A DNA stretch of 64,000 bases from a virus, in IMG/VR virus record IMGVR_UViG_3300045988_131726; one strand, given 5' to 3'. Of the stretch, positions 52,599 to 60,323 are shown one piece after another. The first letter of the stretch is position 1. Each line of letters opens with the position of its first letter. Both the position numbers and the translations under genes were made by a program. The notes beneath the pieces were generated by a model, which was not told where the DNA came from, did no database searches, and saw only the letters and a list, made by a program, of their open reading frames with translations.

Positions 52599-52612
52599 TT
52601 TAGCAATTATTT

Positions 52613-54067
52613 TTAATAATTTCTAAATATTTTTGAAATAGGATTATCATAATATTCTTTATTTAGATAAGTAGCAACTTCTTTTCTTCTATCTAAATGA
52701 GGCTTTCCTGGTCTAACATAATTTTCGGAAATAATTTCTACTAAATCAGTTAAAGATTTAGAATTATTAAAAAAAGATTCTTTAGCTTCCCTTGCTGTAT
52801 CAAACCCATTGCTTTTCCCTCCATGTCTCCATTCTCCTCGTTTTAAACCAGCAACATTAGTTGTGATATATCTAGCTTGCCTTTGTAATTCTGGATCTAA
52901 TACTCCATCAAAATCATGAATAGGTTGAAATTCTTTTAAGCTAGCTTTACGAGAAGGATCTGTAAATTGGATAAGACCTTCTCCAGAACCTCCTCCTATT
53001 TGTTGCATGTGAGGATCTGCTCCACTTTCAACAATATAATTACTCATTAAAGCTATAGCTTGATTATGGGTTAATCCAGATCTTCTATGTTGATTATATA
53101 GATAATCAAGATTTCCTCTATTTTTTCTAATATAATTACTATCCCAAGTACTTGATAATGTCCCCCCATCATCAAAACTATTTACTCTACGAAGTGTAGG
53201 TTTATAAGGAAAAGTAGCATATTCCTCAGGACTTTCTAGATTATCATATTCATTCCTTAAAGGACCACCATAAGCAGCCAGCTTCCTACCATCCTTCTCA
53301 AGGCTAGACTTAGTAGAAGCTACATTATTAAGCAAGTGAAGTAGATACTCATCACTATAACTATTGATTATATCTGTATCATCGTACTTCTCACGCCACT
53401 TCTTAATGTCTTCTACCGTGTACTTCTTCTTAGGATCAAGCTTATTTAAATACCTAAACTGCATTAAACGAGCGTAGATCTCTGTAGCAGAATCCTTATA
53501 AGAATTATACTGCTTACCCTCCTGTAACTTATCTCCTTCAAAGCCATACCTGATAGTATTAATCTGTGGATCAGCATTCAAAGAATGAGTCAACTCATGA
53601 ACATCAGTACCAGCATATGGACTGATATATGATATAGAGTGACTAGAAGGATTATAAGCTCCACCAGTATGATTAGAGAGCCTCTTTATAGCCTCAAATT
53701 CTGATTCAGGAACATGCGGGAACTTTGTATTACCAAGAACATCATATTGCTTGACAGTACGTAAATTCTTTAATTGATTCTGATACTCTTTAAAAGCAGC
53801 TTTATTAGACCAACTCTTAGGTAATACACTATAAGGAACCATCGTAGAACCACTGTTTCTAAAATTCTCCTTAAACTGCTCCTGCCTATTAGATAACCAT
53901 GAAGCTATGAAATCTTGAGCGGGAGTGCTCTGAATATTATCTACTTCACCACCATCAGCAAACTTGTTATAATGATCCCTCATATCACTAAGCCGGACCA
54001 CTCCATTCTGTAGATAGGCTTTCATTAAATTAGACCTATCTGACATCGATAACTCTTCCCATCTCAT
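52613..54067 (-). CDS. Two-domain protein: HExxH metallopeptidase-like region + C-terminal phage-tail-lysozyme-like domain
   Basis: GTDVHELTHSLNAD (HExxH). C-terminal GGGSGEGLIQFTDPSRKASL resembles the G-x-GL-x-QWT motif of the phage tail lysozyme family. Confidence 0.5.
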   Translation of the reverse strand: MRWEELSMSDRSNLMKAYLQNGVVRLSDMRDHYNKFADGGEVDNIQSTPAQDFIASWLSNRQEQFKENFRNSGSTMVPYSVLPKSWSNKAAFKEYQNQLKNLRTVKQYDVLGNTKFPHVPESEFEAIKRLSNHTGGAYNPSSHSISYISPYAGTDVHELTHSLNADPQINTIRYGFEGDKLQEGKQYNSYKDSATEIYARLMQFRYLNKLDPKKKYTVEDIKKWREKYDDTDIINSYSDEYLLHLLNNVASTKSSLEKDGRKLAAYGGPLRNEYDNLESPEEYATFPYKPTLRRVNSFDDGGTLSSTWDSNYIRKNRGNLDYLYNQHRRSGLTHNQAIALMSNYIVESGADPHMQQIGGGSGEGLIQFTDPSRKASLKEFQPIHDFDGVLDPELQRQARYITTNVAGLKRGEWRHGGKSNGFDTAREAKESFFNNSKSLTDLVEIISENYVRPGKPHLDRRKEVATYLNKEYYDNPISKIFRNY

Positions 54068-54489
54068 CGCACAACTCCCCCTAATTTATCTGCAGACCTC
54101 TCTACAAAAAACTTGTAATAATCATAACGCTTATGATAACGATCCTTAATCCTGCAAATAAGATTATGACATCCACTAAGCAATCCTACAGTGGGTAAAT
54201 ACAAGGGACCTAACCACTTACTTTGAATGCCATGACCACTCTCATGTTTAATAGAATTCTTTAAACTAAGCCTGATATTCTTCTTATTCCAATCGTATCT
54301 ATTATAGTCTATCAGTACATAATAACCTAAGGAAATCCCCCCAGGAAATTTATCGTAGATATACACCTCCTGATCCCTATACTCAAAGGTTTTTAATCGT
54401 GTCTTCTCATAAAAAGACAATAATATAGCCCCTAATAAACTCTGCGGAAACTCCCAGGTCCATCTCCTAATCTTTACTAATGTATTCAT
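54064..54489 (-). CDS. Hypothetical protein with HExxH-like motif (141 aa)
   Basis: IKHESGHGIQ. Hydrophobic N-terminal segment. Confidence 0.4.
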   Translation of the reverse strand: MNTLVKIRRWTWEFPQSLLGAILLSFYEKTRLKTFEYRDQEVYIYDKFPGGISLGYYVLIDYNRYDWNKKNIRLSLKNSIKHESGHGIQSKWLGPLYLPTVGLLSGCHNLICRIKDRYHKRYDYYKFFVERSADKLGGVVR

Positions 54490-54710
54490 CGTCTCTTACG
54501 TTTATGCCACTTACTCGGCTTTACTAAAATTCTATAATCTGTAGATATTTCTACTAACTTGCCATCCTCATAGGTTAACCGTAAATCTAAAAGATCTTTG
54601 GGCTTCTTGATCCTTAGGTAATCTAAAGATAGATCGTAATCCTCAACCCTTATTTCTCCTACTTGTGCATTCCTTCTTCGCATAATGCATGCCTTCTTTA
54701 ACATACTCAA
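54486..54710 (-). CDS. Hypothetical protein (74 aa)
   Basis: ORF overlapping its neighbours on the same strand. Confidence 0.35.
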   Translation of the reverse strand: MSMLKKACIMRRRNAQVGEIRVEDYDLSLDYLRIKKPKDLLDLRLTYEDGKLVEISTDYRILVKPSKWHKRKRR

Positions 54711-54825
54711 AAAACTTATTTAAAGTCTCCTCACTTAAAGGATACTCCTTAGGACTCTCATTAGGGTGGTCCCGTAAAAACTCTTCAAAATCTTCTAGTG
54801 TTAAAACCTTCTTACGATCGCTCAT
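54643..54825 (-). CDS. Hypothetical protein (60 aa)
   Basis: ORF overlapping its neighbours on the same strand. Confidence 0.3.
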   Translation of the reverse strand: MSDRKKVLTLEDFEEFLRDHPNESPKEYPLSEETLNKFFEYVKEGMHYAKKECTSRRNKG

Positions 54826-55003
54826 AACTTAGTAAATCATTAATTCTTGCTACTTCATGAATTACCTCCCCTAAATGCTCGGCAATGCTATCATAAAAGT
54901 AAAATTCTCCATTCGTAGTACTGTGACTACTTAACTCCCTGGCTCTAGATTGCTCCCTCCTTAGAGTATCTATCACCTTCTCTAAATTATTCCTCTTGCC
55001 CAT
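54812..55003 (-). CDS. Hypothetical protein (63 aa), first gene of the leftward block
   Basis: ORF about 20 nt downstream of the promoter motif. Confidence 0.4.
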   Translation of the reverse strand: MGKRNNLEKVIDTLRREQSRARELSSHSTTNGEFYFYDSIAEHLGEVIHEVARINDLLSYERS

Positions 55004-55021
55004 ATAGTGAATTTAAAACTT

Positions 55022-55058
55022 TTGCAATATACAAAAAATTTCCCATATTTCCAAATTT
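55022..55058 (-). promoter_or_regulatory. Bacteroidota-type promoter (recurrent phage motif), leftward
   Basis: Minus strand AATTTGGAAATATGGGAAATTTTTTGTATATTGCAAA. TTTG, spacer, then TATATTGC. Confidence 0.5.
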
Positions 55059-55074
55059 TTTAAAATAAAAATTT

Positions 55075-55112
55075 TTTCTACAATAAATTTTTTTCCGGAA
55101 AGAATATGTTTG
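55075..55112 (+). promoter_or_regulatory. Candidate rightward promoter (divergent from 55022-55058)
   Basis: Perfect -7 box TATGTTTG at 55105-55112. The -33 region is T-rich but has no clear TTTG. Confidence 0.4.
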
Positions 55113-55118
55113 AGGGCG

Positions 55119-55327
55119 ACATATTCCCCACTAAGCCCCCCTCCCCTCGAACTTTTGGGGCTCTCCCCCCGTCAGGTTTCTAAGGAGTGTTAAAGCCGGC
55201 GACCCGGCCAGCCTTCGGAGGACCGAACAGTCAGTGCTTATTGCACCGTAGTTACGGAAACCTCTTGGCCTAATCGTAGCCTCGCCAACACAAAGTAGGT
55301 TACAACGTATCATAAACATATCAAGTT
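55119..55327 (+). promoter_or_regulatory. About 200-nt GC-rich structured leader upstream of the 150-aa ORF
   Basis: Local stems CCCC/GGGG (55141-55160), GCCGG-CGAC-CCGGC (55196-55209) and CCGT-AGTT-ACGG. Long-range pairing GGCCA...GAGG / CCTC.TGGCC. The only ORFs here are minus-strand, GC-driven ones that look spurious. Confidence 0.4.
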
Positions 55328-55780
55328 ATGGCAAAAGCTGATATTCTTGGCAAGCTGTATGCAGTGAATCTCCGGAAGGACGAGACAGATCTGGACATCG
55401 TGATCTCTCGTATCGAGCCGGTCTTCAAGTCCACCGCAAAACTCGATGCCAATGGTGATCCCACAGGTGATCGGGAGTTTGTACGTGACGAACAAGGCAA
55501 TCCCGTTGAGGATCCTCGCCGTCGTCGTATCTTCTTCAAGGTTGAAGGTGATGACACTCCTCGCAGTCAGTTTGTGTTCACCAACACGTTCACCGACGGT
55601 AAGGTTCCGACCATCACGGACTACAAGAAGGGCCTGAATGCCCGCATGACAGTCTGGACGGATGACGAGGATCGCATCCAGGTCTCGATGGTTGCCTACA
55701 ACCCTGGCGATGCTGTCGTAGTCGCCACCAGCACTCTCGAAGCACTGAATTCGGGAAAGGTCAACTTCGCTCTGAAGTAG
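55328..55780 (+). CDS. Hypothetical protein (150 aa), compositional outlier
   Basis: ATG ORF followed by a strong terminator. By eye roughly half G+C against about one third in the flanks. No motif recognised. Confidence 0.6.
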   Translation: MAKADILGKLYAVNLRKDETDLDIVISRIEPVFKSTAKLDANGDPTGDREFVRDEQGNPVEDPRRRRIFFKVEGDDTPRSQFVFTNTFTDGKVPTITDYKKGLNARMTVWTDDEDRIQVSMVAYNPGDAVVVATSTLEALNSGKVNFALK

Positions 55781-55789
55781 ACCACTTCT

Positions 55790-55830
55790 ATCTCCTCACA
55801 CTCATCCCTTGGGTGTGGGGAGATATTTTT
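55790..55830 (+). terminator. Rho-independent terminator
   Basis: ATCTCCTCACAC / GTGTGGGGAGAT stem followed by ATTTTT. Confidence 0.65.
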
Positions 55831-55857
55831 ATGAATCTCTCCAAGTATGCATTACCG

Positions 55858-55968
55858 TAATTCAAGTTTCCCATCATAATGGATAACTCCTGATAATTCA
55901 AGTTTCCTATCATAATGGACAATACTTGTAATAAATGTGTACTTACGATGGGAAATTAATTTCCTATC
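55858..55968. repeat. Iteron/operator-like repeat cluster
   Basis: A 26-nt direct repeat TAATTCAAGTTTCC(C/T)ATCATAATGGA at 55858-55883 and 55894-55919, with one mismatch. A near-palindrome GATGGGAAATT|AATTTCCTATC at 55947-55968. Together these give four copies of TTTCC(C/T)ATC. Confidence 0.6.
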
Positions 55969-56167
55969 AGATGATTTATAGTTAGTTCCCTCGTGCGTAC
56001 GACCGCAGATCTAGTTATCTAATTATTTACCAGATAGTAGTAGTAGTCTGGTTAATATTATATACGCGAGGGATTTTACTACTTTTCACACTTCACATGG
56101 CATAGATAAATTTATTTACCATCCTAATTTCACAAGGTGCAAGCATCACCTTATCCACTCTTTGAGT

Positions 56168-56437
56168 ATGGCTCTCTACAAGGCTGGTATTACAGCTGGT
56201 AGTTATTACCCTCATCCTTCTGGTCAGGGCAATCTTCATGTTGTAGCCGCAGACTCCAATGGAGTCATACGAGCTGTAATAGTTTCCAAGCTTGGAGTAC
56301 ATGGCAAAGCCTCTATTCCTGAAAGCTATCTCAACCTAGGTCCTCATGTTAAGGCTTATGCTATTACATCATTTGAAGATGTTCCTACTCTAGTGGAGGA
56401 GATTGCTCAAATCATTAAGCAAGGAGAGGAGAATTAG
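56168..56437 (+). CDS. Hypothetical protein (about 89 aa)
   Basis: Track ORF trimmed to the first ATG (56168). The competing minus-strand ORF 56093-56302 is judged less likely. Confidence 0.4.
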   Translation: MALYKAGITAGSYYPHPSGQGNLHVVAADSNGVIRAVIVSKLGVHGKASIPESYLNLGPHVKAYAITSFEDVPTLVEEIAQIIKQGEEN

Positions 56438-56837
56438 TCTCCTTTCCTTCATTAATGAATGAAATGTATACAGTGGAGTGAGGTATTATCCCCAAATACC
56501 CCATATTTCGCATTTTAAGGTACTTTTTACGGCCTCAAAATATATTTTGGAGTAACTGTCCATTCGGAATATTTCAGTCAAAATTTCATACCTTAGAATC
56601 ATTTTCGTATTAATCTTATGTAAAACTATGTGTTAATAGCTGATGATACTTGTATGAGATTTGTTCACTAACTCTTAAATTGAGTACTTATCAGGCCCTA
56701 ATGATGAGTACAGTTATTGATAATGCCCATAGTTTGCAGATATTAATGATAAACAGGTAGGCTAACTGCAATAGCTGGGCTTGAAATGCGGCGCTGCCTC
56801 ATTGCCCGAGGTAATAATTTTGCCTTGACCTGAGGAT

Positions 56838-56949
56838 TCCTGATAGTCACACACCTTTAGCTTAGTGTGATATATGGAGAGCTACTTTGTCACCATTATA
56901 ACTTTCTGGTGACAACTTAGACAGGGGAGTTCGAATCTCCCTACAGGAA
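56838..56949 (+). other. tRNA-like element (canonical T arm and partial acceptor, aberrant body)
   Basis: GGGAG-TTCGAAT-CTCCC T arm at 56925-56941. 3' TACAGGA pairs for 5 bp with 5' TCCTG at 56838. A 6-bp hairpin TCACAC/GTGTGA and a long hairpin GTCACCA-(11 nt)-TGGTGAC stand in place of normal D and anticodon arms. Confidence 0.3.
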
Positions 56950-56957
56950 CTAATTTA

Positions 56958-57031
56958 GGGCCTTTAGCAAAATTGGTCAATGCCCCTGACTCATAATCAG
57001 GAGACTATCGGTTCAAGCCCGGTAAGGCCCA
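56958..57031 (+). tRNA. tRNA with anticodon CAT (Met, fMet or Ile2)
   Basis: Acceptor GGGCCTT/AAGGCCC, anticodon arm CCTGA-CTCATAA-TCAGG, T arm ATCGG-TTCAAGC-CCGGT. Confidence 0.85.
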
Positions 57032-57046
57032 CTAAATTTTAACTTT

Positions 57047-57205
57047 ATGATGTTATTATTTCTATTCCTAACGTATTGTATACAGCTATGTGTGTTGATT
57101 AATTTAGCAGAGTATAACATACCCGACTGGATTAAATTTTGTGCATTTATTCCTGTAATAGGATTAATAGCAGAAATTATAGCTATACTATTCTACAGAA
57201 ATTAA
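57047..57205 (+). CDS. Small hydrophobic protein (52 aa, below ORF-track cutoff)
   Basis: My own translation: MMLLFLFLTYCIQLCVLINLAEYNIPDWIKFCAFIPVIGLIAEIIAILFYRN-stop. Confidence 0.35.
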   Translation: MMLLFLFLTYCIQLCVLINLAEYNIPDWIKFCAFIPVIGLIAEIIAILFYRN

Positions 57206-57333
57206 TCTCTATTAAGAGATGAAATATTTCACTTATCACGGACTTGTATCAAGGATGCAAGGATGTCGGCAGTTCGTCCTCTGTCGTATCGAAAAGGGCC
57301 CTTCACGTAATCATAATGGTACGATTGTGAGCC

Positions 57334-57513
57334 ATGCAACCCATAAAAAGGGCTAAATTAGCCTATTCTACGGTTGCTAAGAAAGCTTTGGTATTATCAG
57401 CACTCAGCAAGTACAAACGTCCTAAAAGACCTCGTATTAAGGCTGGTGAATATATCAGAGTCTTTGGCAAATTGGTAAACATCTCAGAGATGCCTGCCTT
57501 TTTGAGAAATTAG
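57334..57513 (+). CDS. Small basic protein (59 aa, below ORF-track cutoff)
   Basis: My own translation: MQPIKRAKLAYSTVAKKALVLSALSKYKRPKRPRIKAGEYIRVFGKLVNISEMPAFLRN-stop. Confidence 0.3.
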   Translation: MQPIKRAKLAYSTVAKKALVLSALSKYKRPKRPRIKAGEYIRVFGKLVNISEMPAFLRN

Positions 57514-57782
57514 CAAATTATTACTGTCTAGATCCGAATTATTTAAACTTGCTTTGAATGTAGCAGTCCCTGGATAATGGCTCATAAGACATACAATCTG
57601 GAGTCAATGTAGAACACAACTTATTAGTCTATCAGCTCGGTATACTTCGTGAGATACCAGTGCCTGCGTCACCCCCTTTAATGCGGCAGATAGTTCTAAT
57701 AGGAAGCAGTTAACTAAGTCAGATGCAGTAATTTTTTAATAATCTATCACACAATCACTAACATTTAATTACACAAATCATT

Positions 57783-58070
57783 ATGCTTACCGTTATTCCC
57801 AAATCAGGAGAAGCATCACCGAAGATGCGTTTTGACCTCAACATGGACCTTAAAGGTTGTTCTTACAGCCACAGGGTCATCGCCAATCCCAAGACTAAGC
57901 AGCTTCTCTTCCAGGAGCTGATTGGCATCGATATCACGAATATGGGATTCCAGCGACTCTCCTACAACTGCAAATTCTTTGCAGGAAAGAAACCTATCTC
58001 CTACAAGAAATTCATGGAGAAAACATTCAACGACTACGTTCGGAACCAGGCCAAGAAGAAGGCCAACTAA
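57783..58070 (+). CDS. Hypothetical protein (95 aa)
   Basis: ATG ORF with moderately raised G+C. Confidence 0.5.
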   Translation: MLTVIPKSGEASPKMRFDLNMDLKGCSYSHRVIANPKTKQLLFQELIGIDITNMGFQRLSYNCKFFAGKKPISYKKFMEKTFNDYVRNQAKKKAN

Positions 58071-58082
58071 ATCATTATTATC

Positions 58083-58274
58083 ATGTCAAAAGCAAGAGGA
58101 GCAAGTGCAGCACGATCTGCACGTCGTGGTGCAAATATGTACAAAGTACGCCCTAGCAATGTGGGTAAAGGCAAACGATTCAATCGTATGCAGGTAATTT
58201 CTGAATGGGATGAACTGCACCACAAACCCATCATCTCCAAAGTTATCTATCACTTCAGCGACCAGCACTATTAG
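58083..58274 (+). CDS. Small basic protein (63 aa)
   Basis: MSKARGASAARSARRGANMYKVRPSNVGKGKRF... Very basic N-terminus. Confidence 0.45.
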   Translation: MSKARGASAARSARRGANMYKVRPSNVGKGKRFNRMQVISEWDELHHKPIISKVIYHFSDQHY

Positions 58275-58350
58275 TGTATGACCATTGCTAAAGTAACTAA
58301 ATACAAGGATCCTTCTGCCCTGAATATATTCGGGGTAGGAGACCTTGTAT

Positions 58351-58638
58351 ATGGTACTAACTGATACACTATACTTAAATCTACAAAAGATGGCTAAGGT
58401 AAGTATTAATCCTTATGATAAACCTAAGTTTAACAAAGGAGATATTGTAACCAACAACTCAGCAGTTTTTATGGTTACAGATGATTGTGAAGGTAATATT
58501 GACATAGATGAAAGTGAGTTTATGGGAGTAGTATTATACACTAATTATTCGGACTATCAGATCGGAGAAGTTAGTATATTAGAAAAAACCTCATTCTCTG
58601 CCTTTCATGGCACTATCACCATTAATTCTGATTTGTAA
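58351..58638 (+). CDS. Hypothetical protein (about 95 aa)
   Basis: Track ORF trimmed to ATG 58351. Its stop overlaps the start of the next ORF. Confidence 0.45.
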   Translation: MVLTDTLYLNLQKMAKVSINPYDKPKFNKGDIVTNNSAVFMVTDDCEGNIDIDESEFMGVVLYTNYSDYQIGEVSILEKTSFSAFHGTITINSDL

Positions 58639-58862
58639 TGATTTGGATCGTTTTACTCATTGCCCTGGTAGCAACATTTTGCTTCCTGGACAACTTGGTA
58701 CAAACTCTAAACAACCCCAGGGATGTCTATGAACCTGGCTTAGGTACAACAGCAACCTATGAGAAGTACCAAAAGAAGAAGAATGCCCTGGCTATAGATC
58801 GCATGCTTTACATGTGGGTTGCAGCCTTATTTTGGATGATATTCGTATGCCTTTCGAATTAG
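58638..58862 (+). CDS. Small membrane protein (74 aa)
   Basis: Two hydrophobic segments (IWIVLLIALVATFCFL and LYMWVAALFWMIFVCL). Confidence 0.45.
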   Translation: MIWIVLLIALVATFCFLDNLVQTLNNPRDVYEPGLGTTATYEKYQKKKNALAIDRMLYMWVAALFWMIFVCLSN

Positions 58863-59041
58863 TATCCATACTAGCTTTAATTATCATCCCATTATTAGTA
58901 CTGTTACTCATGAGAGTAATAGATATTGTAATGGGATGGATTATTGCTTTTATTCTCAATCCTAAGAGGTTAATACTCACTCTCCTTACTTCACATGAAA
59001 AAGATTCAGAATTCGGAGATAATGAGCATACCGCTCCTTAG
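58847..59041 (+). CDS. Small membrane protein (about 64 aa)
   Basis: Track ORF trimmed to ATG 58847. Contains ELVSILALIIIPLLVLLLMRVIDIVMGWIIAFIL. Confidence 0.35.
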   Translation: MPFELVSILALIIIPLLVLLLMRVIDIVMGWIIAFILNPKRLILTLLTSHEKDSEFGDNEHTAP

Positions 59042-59255
59042 CTCCTATTTAGAGAAGCATAAGAATGTCTTCACTAAAGATCGTGTTCTTCAAGACATCG
59101 GTCGATTCCTGACATTCCGTGAGTTGCAGTTCCTCCATAAGAATCGTGGTATCAGTGATGCTGAACTGGGATTCTACATGGATATGAAAGCTCAAAATTC
59201 TTTCACGGAGAATCAGTTCAAGAAGATCCAGGAAATTCACGCAAATCTGAAGTAG
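58995..59255 (+). CDS. Hypothetical protein (86 aa; the start may be 59022)
   Basis: ATG ORF that overlaps the previous ORF. Confidence 0.4.
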   Translation: MKKIQNSEIMSIPLLSSYLEKHKNVFTKDRVLQDIGRFLTFRELQFLHKNRGISDAELGFYMDMKAQNSFTENQFKKIQEIHANLK

Positions 59256-59257
59256 TC

Positions 59258-59506
59258 ATGAATCTCACAGACCTCTTACTTTCCTGTCCTGTATTATACC
59301 CCAGTCCTAAGGATGATGAAGGTAATATTCTGGTTACTGATGACCAGGATAGTGACTATTCAGTTGGTGTAACCCTAGATTATCTACCTGAAGATCGCAG
59401 GTGGGTTGCATCCTACAGTGATTTTATCGAATCAACACCTATGTCTGACCCTGAAGCTGCTGTAGTAGATCTACAGAATAAGCTGAAGGTTAGAGGTCTC
59501 ATGTAG
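59258..59506 (+). CDS. Hypothetical acidic protein (82 aa)
   Basis: ATG ORF 2 nt after the previous stop. Confidence 0.45.
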   Translation: MNLTDLLLSCPVLYPSPKDDEGNILVTDDQDSDYSVGVTLDYLPEDRRWVASYSDFIESTPMSDPEAAVVDLQNKLKVRGLM

Positions 59507-59779
59507 GTATAAAGAAAGTAGTTGCTTGAAGCGTAACTAAGACAGCAACAGCCATTAGATAAATACGTAATTCATGAATGGCAGGTGAGGTGACGTGGCT
59601 ACTGCAGGAAAATGGCAGGGTAGATTGAAACAGCCCCTCTTGATAGCAACCTGAGGCAAGAAGCTAAATAGCTATCTTTTTATCAATTATAGGCTATTGA
59701 AGTAATATGTTGAAGATAGGCGGAAGAATCCTTAATATACGTTTATACCTATTGGAGTTTACGAAGTAATAGCTTATTT

Positions 59780-59864
59780 GGAGAGTTGTCCGAGTGGTTT
59801 ATGGTGACAGTCTTGAAAACTGTTGTACGGCAACGTACCGGGGGTTCGAATCCCTCACTCTCCG
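59780..59864 (+). tRNA. tRNA-Ser (anticodon TGA), class II
   Basis: Acceptor GGAGAGT/ACTCTCC, anticodon arm ACAGT-CTTGAAA-ACTGT, long variable arm GTACGGCAACGTAC, T arm GGGGG-TTCGAAT-CCCTC. Confidence 0.85.
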
Positions 59865-59869
59865 CTAAT

Positions 59870-59940
59870 GGGTCCTTGGTGTAATGGTAGCACAAATCTC
59901 TCCAAAAGATTTAGTTAGGGTTCGAATCCTTAAGGATCTG
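59870..59940 (+). tRNA. tRNA-Trp (anticodon CCA)
   Basis: Acceptor GGGTCCT/AGGATCT (two G-U pairs), anticodon arm AATCT-CTCCAAA-AGATT, T arm TAGGG-TTCGAAT-CCTTA. Confidence 0.8.
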
Positions 59941-59997
59941 CATATTAGGAGAAGTGGAAGTATATCTAGCAATATTAACTATTTAACTTTCACTACT

Positions 59998-60141
59998 ATG
60001 AAAACAATTTCTGAAGAATTTGAAAGACTTCTACGTGAAACTGCAAGAATCCAAGAAGAATGCTTAGCAGTAGCCGAAGAAATTAAGCAGTTGCTCAAAT
60101 CCTACAAGAGTAATTGTAACCACTCTAAGATCGAGGAGTGA
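59998..60141 (+). CDS. Small hypothetical protein (47 aa)
   Basis: Track ORF 59884-60141 trimmed to ATG 59998 (MKTISEEFERLL...) because its 5' part is the tRNA-Trp gene. Confidence 0.35.
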   Translation: MKTISEEFERLLRETARIQEECLAVAEEIKQLLKSYKSNCNHSKIEE

Positions 60142-60292
60142 AAAACTTGGTGAGTATAAACCAGTAGGTTTATTGCCTAGTAATGGCAAAGGGTTCCTAT
60201 ATACTATAAATAAAACCCTGAGATAATTACCAGCCAGTAACTGAGGATATATATCGGTCTTATATCCTGAAGCACAAACACTTCCTTTCAGG

Positions 60293-60322
60293 GGGTAGGG
60301 TGTGAAAGCCCTACCCTTTTTT
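60293..60322 (+). terminator. Rho-independent terminator
   Basis: GGGTAGGG-TGTGAAAG-CCCTACCC followed by TTTTTT. Confidence 0.65.
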
Positions 60323-60323
60323 A

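Noticed and set aside
55131-55557. Three minus-strand ORFs (55131-55319, 55310-55495, 55321-55557) and the plus-strand ORF 55446-55637 in the GC-rich cassette.
   Set aside because: High G+C suppresses stop codons in all frames. They overlap the leader or lie antisense to (or frame-shifted from) the better-supported 150-aa ORF, which has an ATG and a terminator.
56093-56302. 69-aa minus-strand ORF overlapping 56168-56437.
   Set aside because: It lies on the opposite strand to the local transcription direction and overlaps a longer plus-strand ORF. The evidence for either ORF is modest.
56640-56646. CTGATGA, considered as a hammerhead ribozyme core.
   Set aside because: No adjacent stem II plus GAAA, and no cleavage-site helix, could be assembled around it.
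59884-59997. N-terminal 38 codons of track ORF 59884-60141.
   Set aside because: This part coincides with the tRNA-Trp gene (59870-59940). The ORF was trimmed to ATG 59998.
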